Assembly (NCBI GenBank): GCA_964016885.1
Contig: OZ024758.1
Location: 27,528,001-27,592,000, forward strand
DNA length: 64,000 bases
Direction: 5' to 3'
Source: Eledone cirrhosa
Taxonomy: Eukaryota
Part shown: positions 56,340 to 64,000 of the stretch, piece by piece
Position numbering within the stretch: the first letter of the stretch is position 1
Layout: the number at the start of each line of letters is the position of its first letter
The notes under the pieces: generated by a model
Seen by the model: only the letters and a program-made list of their open reading frames with translations
What the model was told of the DNA's origin: nothing
Databases searched by the model: none
Translations under genes and position numbers: made by a program

Positions 56340-57096
56340 TTTGTTGATGTGACATTTTATAGTTTATTGATGTGACATTTTATAGTTTATTGATGTGACA
56401 TTTTATAGTTTATTGATGTGACATTTTATAATTTATTGATGTGACATTTTATAGTTTATTGATGTGACATTTTATAGTTTATTGATGTGACATTTTATAG
56501 TTTATTGATGTGACATTTTATAGTTTATTGACATGACATTTTATAGTTTATTGATGTGACATTTTATAGTTTATTGACATGACATTTTATAGTTTATTGA
56601 TGTGACATTTTATAGTTTATTGATGTGACATTTTATAGTTTATTGATGTGACATTTTATAGTTTATTGATGTGACATTTTATAGTTTATTGATGTGACAT
56701 TTTATAGTTTATTGATGTTACATTTTATAGTTTATTGATGTGACATTTTATAGTTTATTGACATGACATTTTATAGTTTATTGATGTGACATTTTATAGT
56801 TTATTGATGTGACATTTTATAGTTTATTGATGTGACATTTTATAGTTTATTGATGTGACATTTTATAGTTTATTGATGTGACATTTTATAGTTTATTGAT
56901 GTGACATTTTATAGTTTATTGATGTGACATTTTATAGTTTATTGATGTGACATTTTATAGTTTATTGATGTGACATTTTATAGTTTATTGATGTGACATT
57001 TTATAGTTTATTGATGTGACATTTTATAGTTTATTGACGTGACATTTTATAGTTTATTGATGTGACATTTTATAGTTTATTGATGTGACATTTTAC
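56340..57096. repeat. 23-bp minisatellite (about 33 copies) inside a MITE
   Basis: Unit TTTATTGATGTGACATTTTATAG; flanks match the reverse complement of 31718-31875. Confidence 0.93.
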
Positions 57097-57192
57097 TAAA
57101 AAAAAAAAAAACCTGGCACAGCAACTGTAGCTGTGTAAAATATGCATGGCAGTCAACAGATTAATGATAAATATATTTTAATAAAGACTTAC

Positions 57193-57452
57193 CATCTTTC
57201 TATGGACAGCAATAATAAATCCTTTGAAAACATCACCGACAGAGCGAGTTAAACTGTCACTTAGTGAGCTACTACAAGAACTAGCATTGCTTGGATTCCG
57301 TGAATGGCCATTACTGCTTCCAGAATTGCCATTTGTCAGGCAGGAATGAGGAGAATAGTCGGGATTTTGTGATGGAGAGTCCCAACTATTGTTTTGTAAA
57401 AGTGATCCAGAATTTGTTCCGTTCTTGTTAACATTGTGGTATGGACTTCTTC
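57193..57452 (-). CDS. USP32: USP32 exon
   Basis: ttaacAG|GA (phase 1). Ser/Asn-rich insert ending in FKGFIIAVHRKM|GTAAG (cf. FTGYIIAVHRKM). Confidence 0.9.
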
Positions 57453-57559
57453 CTGTTAAGTAAATAAATAGGTTACCCATATGTTTATTGTTTACAAGCA
57501 TATTATATATGTTTATATGTTTTCATATAAATAAATAGGTTATACAAGGGTGAAAAGTT

Positions 57560-57822
57560 GTTTGAAAGGCTGAGATGGTATGGGCATGTGATGCGCATGG
57601 AGGATGACCGCTGGGTAAAGAAGTGCCAAGAAATCCCAGTAGAAGGAAGACGCAGAAGAGGTAGACCACGTAAAACATGGGCGGAGGTAGTGAGAGCAGA
57701 CCTCAGATCGCTGAAACTCACCAAGGAGATGACGAAGGACCGTGACAAGTGGAGATGCTGTGGTGAATAGGACCTGCCCAACCCTTGCAAGCAGGGAAAA
57801 GTGGACGTAAAATGATGATGAT
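57560..57822 (+). mobile_element. RTE LINE 3' end
   Basis: RLRWYGHVMRMEDDRWVKKC...GRPRKTWAEVVRADL, followed by an (ATG)n tail. Confidence 0.85.
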
Positions 57823-58269
57823 AAGGATTGGCTGAAAGGTTCAAAAGCTGACTATGAAGGATTGATGCTAGAGCTGTGAAATCTTGCATGCATTAATTTC
57901 AACTCTTCTTCTTAATAACTGCAGTGTTTCTTTCCGTTGAAAAATAAACCTCATTTGGTCATTCTATGAGAGTATCTTGGTCAGCCTATGAACATTTCAA
58001 CTGACCCCTGTATTTCTAATGAAATGACAATTTTAGTAAACACTTTTGATACCTAACTCCCTAAAACCACCCCTGGTTCTACAAAACTAAGCAATTTGAC
58101 TTGTGTTTTCATTTATCTAAAGACATTAATATTGTGTAAGAATCTTTGTAAAACAATGTTCCAAACAACAGACAGTTTGTTATATTACTAAATCCCCACA
58201 CCCACAAATTCTTGATTATTTTCAAAATAGTTTTAAAATCATAGATAGTGTCTTTTATTATAAATATGG

Positions 58270-58640
58270 GAATGAAAGGCTCTTTGGAGTAATGTTACTC
58301 GCTAAAGTGCATAGCACAGAGATCATAGAGTCACTCCAGTTAGAGCTGCTACTTCTCAGAATTGAGAGATCACAGCTGCGATACTATGGATATGTGGTTA
58401 GAATGTCTCAGGAGAGAATCGCTGGACAGATTTTCGGGCAAAACCAACTGGCAGGAGAACCAGGAGTAGACCCCAAGCAAGATGTTTGGATAACATCCAT
58501 GAGCTTGGCTGGTCATACTTGGGGATCCAGCCGGATCAGTTAGAGATGTTTGCTTCTGACAGGACCCACTGGAAGGAGTGTTTGAAGACTCTACCCCAAC
58601 GACCCTCCCAGTAATAAGTGGGCGAAGAAGAAGAAGAAAC
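58270..58640 (+). mobile_element. RTE-like LINE 3' fragment
   Basis: IERSQLRYYGYVVRMSQERI, followed by a (GAA)n tail. Confidence 0.7.
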
Positions 58641-58854
58641 AAAAGGGTTAAATAATGAAGAATTCTGAGGGATTTACAAAAATGATTAACTATTTCATAA
58701 CTAAGATAGTAGCGTAACATATGGTTCTAATATGAAGTTATATCAGAAGATTTTCATTTAGATAAGTTTTATTCCATAGAACCAGAAGTGGTTTCGACTA
58801 AGTTGGTATCAAATGGGTTAATATAGGTTGAGCAATAAATTAAACAGGATTTAC

Positions 58855-59083
58855 TTGTTGATAACCCCCGTTGTATTTCACTTAAACCAATACATTCTTT
58901 TCCAGCTGACGTTGGAATTGCTGTAGAATTAGTTGTAGTGCTGACAGAAGCTGTAATAATTGCTATTGATGAATCTGTTGACCCAATATCAGTATCACTA
59001 TTTGAGGCAGGAGGAGGCAACTCATAAGCATAAAGACTTCCACCAAGTAGAGTTCGAACTTTTTGATTATCCTGAGGAAGAGT
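58855..59083 (-). CDS. USP32: USP32 exon
   Basis: ttccAG|ACT; encodes TLPQDNQKVRTLLGGSLYAYELPPP (cf. USP32 NFPQDNQKVRLSVSGFLCAFEIP). Ends phase 1 at A|GTAAAT, compatible with the next exon. Confidence 0.88.
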
Positions 59084-59161
59084 CTGGAATAGAAGAAAAA
59101 ACAAAAAAAAAATTTAATTTAATGCCATTGTAATATTTACAATTTGGTTAATGTAGTTTAA

Positions 59162-59367
59162 CCCTTTAGCATTTACATGACTATATTTACTATTGTATTT
59201 TCATGGTAAAGGATTTATCACACATAATATCGAATCTATGAGATTTTGATATTATTTATTTTGAGAACAATACCTTAACATCAGTATGAGTGGCCGGTTA
59301 CGACTGGTTTGAACAGAAAGAGGTGAGAGAATTCTGACCGGATGTGGCCAGTTTAAATGCTAAAGGG
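59162..59367. mobile_element. TTAA-flanked piggyBac-like MITE
   Basis: TTAA|CCCTTTAGCATTTA ... TAAATGCTAAAGGG|TTAA. Related copies at about 28980-29218, 29402-29617, 29615-29931, 31410-31625 and 40042-40264. Confidence 0.82.
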
Positions 59368-59419
59368 TTAATATGAGTACAGTAGCCAGAGTAAGGATTG
59401 GTTGTTAAATGTTCAGGGA

Positions 59420-60480
59420 GCTATTACCACTAATGGCTACAACGGGTCTTTCGCTCAGAGTGAAAAGCAGACTGTATGGTTCTTACGTGCCAACAGCAAT
59501 GCTACATGGTAGTGAGACTTAGACTTAATCTACAGAGGACTTACAAAGATTGGAAAGAAATGAGGCAAGAATGATGTGATGGATATCTAATAGGAGTAGT
59601 ATACATGAGTGATGTAGTATCAATGAGCTGAGAGAATAACTGGGGATAAGAGGCGCTGGTTGCAGCATGTAGGAAAGGAGACTGTGATGGTATGGACATG
59701 TGATAGGTATAAAGGGGAGAATAACTGGTTGCAACATGTAGGAAAGGAGACTGTGATGGTATGGACATGTGATAGGTATAAAGGGGAGAATAACTGGTTG
59801 CAGCATGTAGGAAAGGAGACTGTGATGGTATGGACATGTGATAGGTATAAAGGGGAGAATAACTGGTTGCAACATGTAGGAAAGGAGACTGTGATGGTAT
59901 GGACATGTGATAGGTATAAAGGGGAGAATAACTGGTTTCAACATGTAGGAAAGGAGACTGTGATGGTATGGACATGTGATAGGTATAAAGGGGAGAATAA
60001 CTGGTTGCAACATGTAGGAAAGGAGACTGTGATGGTATGGACATGTGATAGGTATAAAGGGGAGAATAACTGGTTGCAGCATGTAGGAAAGGAGACTGTG
60101 ATGGTATGGACATGTGATAGGTATAAAGGGGAGAATAACTGGTTGCAGCATGTAGGAAAGGAGACTGTGATGGTATGGACATGTGATAGGTATAAAGGGG
60201 AGAATAACTGGTTGCAACATGTAGGAAAGGAGACTGTGATGGTATGGACATGTGATAGGTATAAAGGGGAGAATAACTGGTTGCAACATGTAGGAAAGGA
60301 GACTGTGATGGTATGGACATGTGTTATGTATAAAGGGTGACAGTTGCATAAAGAAATGCTGGCGAATTGAAGAGAAAGGGTCTATTGGAAGAGAAAGACT
60401 AAGGAAAATGTGGGATGATGTGAAGGGGCACCTCACAAAAGAGATGACCCAGGATTGAGAAAAAAGGTGATATTACGAAA
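59420..60480 (+). mobile_element. RTE fragment containing about 10 x 69-bp tandem duplication (59656-60340)
   Basis: RLYGSYVPTAMLHGSET.. precedes the array and the LINE resumes after it; units start at 59656, 59725 and onward. Confidence 0.85.
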
Positions 60481-61065
60481 TACAAGGAGGATGACCACTC
60501 CACCTACCTCCCTCCACTTTAAACCCAAAATAGAAGAGGGGCAGTACAACACTCAGGTCCCACCTCCCAGTATACCCCTGAATTCCATGCCAGTTTGCCT
60601 CTGAACCCCTCCACCACTGTAAACCTGAAGAAAAGCAGATAGATGGAACAACTGCCAGGTCCTTACCGGGCAATATACTTCTGACATCTTTTCCCAACCC
60701 ATGATAGCATGGAAAGCTAGGAGAAACCTTGACTGATTCACCTTCCTTGCTGAACCCTTGCACCCCTAACACATTCCCAACTCAGGATATATAAATAACA
60801 GTCATCACCCACCCATCCATTTGTTCCAATCAGTATATAAACGCTACTCTAAAGGCCATGAAAGGAAATCAGACAGCATCCATTTACTTCAAGGCCACCA
60901 CCATGTCATAGAAACTAATACAAAGTATACAAGCAGAACCTAGTCACCTGACCGGTCTGGCTTCAACACAGCAGCAGCTGCCTAACCATGCATGCATGGA
61001 AAATAGACATTAAACTGTGATGATGATGATAAAGATGAAATAAAAATAATTATAGTTTTGAAATA

Positions 61066-61405
61066 GAGGCACATGGCTTAGTGGTTAGAGCATTGGCCTT
61101 GCAATCGAAAGGTTGTGAGTTCAATTCTCAGACCGGGTGATGTGTTGTTTCCTTGAGCAAGACACTTTATTTCACATTGCTCCAGTTTACTCAGCTGTAG
61201 AAATGAGATGATAGGGACTGGGGTCCCTATTATTCCACTGCAAAGTGGTTGTGGAGGTGCCACAGCAAAAAAGCACCCAGCACTCACTGTAAATGAGGTT
61301 GGTGTTAGGAAGGGCATCCAGCTGTAGAAATCAAGCCAGAATCAGTTCCCGTCCCACCCTTGCAAGCAGGGAAAAAGCGGACGTAAAAATGAAATGATGA
61401 TGAAT
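61066..61405 (+). mobile_element. Full-length tRNA-derived SINE with RTE-type tail
   Basis: A and B boxes, core, and (ATG)n tail. Confidence 0.82.
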
Positions 61406-61592
61406 GAAATAGAGTTAATTTTGAAAATAATTATATGTAAAAACACTATTTAAAATGCTGTTAGTTGCTATAAATGTTTTTGATTAATGGCTTTTACTTT
61501 TCAGAAATAATATCAAACTCATATCTTCCTATTTCCTAAACCACTTTCTCATCTCTCAGATGTAGGGTATTACTGACCATATTAAATCTTAC

Positions 61593-61744
61593 CTTTACAA
61601 TTGAACCAAATATTTCTACAAAAAGGATTTGGTTAGCAGCAATATCAGTGAGTTTACTTAACTCTTTTTTTAGAGTTTTATATTTTTCATCCATGTTAAG
61701 TCTGAGACCATATTTTACTGAAACAGAGCCATCTAACCATATCA
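61593..61744 (-). CDS. USP32: USP32 exon (first visible; gene continues beyond window)
   Basis: ttttAG acceptor and GTAAG donor. Encodes (V)IWLDGSVSVKYGLRLNMDEKYKTLKKELSKL...EIFGSIVK, matching recalled USP32 VIKLDGTTPVRYGLRLNMDEKY. Confidence 0.92.
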
Positions 61745-62459
61745 CTAAAAATAGAAAAAAATATTTAAAAATTTTAGATCAGTTTTCATGTATTTTGTAT
61801 AAGTAAATCTTAAGGTAGTGATTTAGCAAAGTCGTTAGAACGTCAGAATACTTTGTGGTATTCTGAGTCAAAATCCTGTTGAGGCCAACTTTGCCTTTCA
61901 TCCATTCAGGTTGATAGAAAAAATACCAGTCAAGTACTGGGGCCGATTCTTCCTCTATATCTCTTTCCCACTTCCTCTCTCTCTTTATCCTTCTCTGAAA
62001 GAATCTACTGTACTCAGGCCTGGAGAGGGGATGGGTTCCTCCAGGTTTAAAAATGTCCTGAGAAACCCCTTATGTCACTATGGTGACCCCACAACTCCCT
62101 CGAGTCCATATCATATCATAAGTAAATCTTAAATAATTCAAACAAATTTAGAACTAGAAAATTCATCCACAGAAGTCTAATCCTTTCAGAGTCTATATAT
62201 TCCACTCTGTATATGTAGTCTCATAAATTAACATACACACGCAACGACAAGAGAGAAAATATGACAATTCAGTAAAAAGTAGTTTGTTCGTCAAATTATG
62301 TTAAGTTTTCTGCCTGTAATTCAAACTCCAGTCTTGGCATACACTGTGTCATGCTGAATCTCCTCCAAAAATTGCATAAAGTGAACAAGTGTCTGTGGAA
62401 TGCTCAGCTATTTAGACATTAATTTCATGAGCAATGATGATTTACATGTGCATAAGCAT

Positions 62460-64000
62460 ATGCACATTCCATGTGTCTAACACACGTGGGCATGCCCACA
62501 AAGTCAGAAAACAGCACAGCTCCGATGACTATCGGAAATATTTTTTCACGCTCAATGTTGCTGAAGCATGGAACAAACTACCTGCATCGGTTGTTAGCTG
62601 TCGAGACACTGCATCCTTTAAAACCTCCATGGAACAAACTACCTGCATCGGTTGTTAGCTGTCGAGACACTGCATCCTTTAAAACCTCCATGGAACAAAC
62701 TACCTGCATCGGTTGTTAGCTGTCGAGACACTGCATCCTTTAAAACCTCCATGGAACAAACTACCTGCATCATTGTTAGCTGTTGAGACACTGCATCCTT
62801 TAAAACCTCCATGGGACAAATTACCTGCATCGGTTGTTAGCTGTCGAGACACTGCATCCTTTAAAACCTCCATGGAACAAACTACCTGCATCGGTTGTTA
62901 GCTGTCGAGACACTGCATCCTTTAAAACCTCCATGGAACAAACTACCTACATCAGTTATTAGCTGTCAGGACACTGCATCCTTTAAAACCTCCATGGAAC
63001 AAACCACCTGCATCAGTTGTTAGCTGTCGAGACACTGCATCCTTTAAAACCTCCATGGAACAAACTACCTGCATCGGTTGTTAGCTGTCGAGACACTGCA
63101 TCCTTTAAAACCTCCATGGAACAAACCACCTGCATCGGTTGTTAGCTGTCGAGACACTGCATCCTTTAAAACCTCCATGGAACAAACCACCTGCATCAGT
63201 TGTTAGCTGTCGAGACACTGCATCCTTTAAAACCTCCATGGAACAAACCACCAGCATCAGTTGTTAGCTGTCGAGACACTGCATCCTTTAAAACCTCCAT
63301 GGAACAAACTACCTGCATCAGTTGTTAGCTGTCGAGACACTGCATCCTTTAAAACCTCCATGGAACAAACTACCTGCATCGGTTGTTAGCTGTCGAGACA
63401 CTGCATCCTTTAAAACCTCCATGGAACAAACTACCAGCATTGGTTGTTAGCTGTCGAGACACTGCATCCTTTAAAACCTCCATGGAACAAACTACCAGCA
63501 TTGGTTGTTAGCTGTCGAGACACTGCATCCTTTAAAACCTCCATGGAACAAACCACCTGCATCGGTTGTTAGCTGTCGAGACACTGCATCCTTTAAAACC
63601 TCCATGGAACAAACCATGTGCATCAGTTATTAGCTGTCGAGACACTGCATCCTTTAAACCTCCATGGAACAAACTACCTGCATCGGTTGTTAGCTGTCGA
63701 GACACTGCATCCTTTAAAACCTCCATGGAACAAACTACCTGCATCGGTTGTTAACTGTCGAGACACTGCATCCTTTAAAACCTCCATGGAACAAACCACC
63801 TGCATCGGTTGTTAGCTGTCGAGACACTGCATCCTTTAAAACCTCCATTGGTTGTTAGCTGTCGAGACACTGCATCCTTTAAAACCTCCATGGAACAAAC
63901 TACCAGCATTGGTTGTTAGCTGTCGAGACACTGCATCCTTTAAAACCTCCATGGAACAAACTACCAGCATTGGTTGTTAGCTGTCGAGACACTGCATCCT
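62460..64000 (+). repeat. 61-bp minisatellite derived from a CR1-type LINE 3' end (runs off window)
   Basis: SNTRGHAHKV...RKYFFTLNVAEAWNKLPASVV..ASFK; unit starts at 62567, 62628 and onward, more than 23 copies. Confidence 0.88.

Noticed and set aside
59525-60436. 303-aa and 259-aa repetitive ORFs
   Set aside because: Antisense readings of a 69-bp tandem repeat in an RTE fragment.

Overview
This is AT-rich, repeat-dense animal genomic DNA. The SINE, RTE and Penelope repertoire and the long (AT)n tracts suggest an octopus or other coleoid cephalopod, which is an inference. The minus strand carries ten phase-consistent GT-AG exons (61744 to 17480) encoding the C-terminal half of the deubiquitinase USP32. 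The 5' half of the gene lies beyond the window. I could not find the last exon; it probably falls in the N gap at 13175-13374. Introns and flanks are filled with tRNA-derived SINEs, RTE/CR1/CRE LINE fragments, MITEs, a hAT transposase relic, a Penelope-like element with a GIY-YIG domain, and nine or more minisatellites (one 11 kb long). Three observations stand out. (1) There is a set of hammerhead-ribozyme motifs, including an apparently intact full-length type I hammerhead at 20612-20697 lying in the sense orientation of a USP32 intron. (2) A 46-bp minisatellite repeats an exon end plus its 5' splice site about 63 times. (3) Other exon-adjacent arrays multiply AATAAA or 3'-splice-site-like motifs on the transcribed strand. 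Most long ORFs in the supplied track are repeat artefacts.
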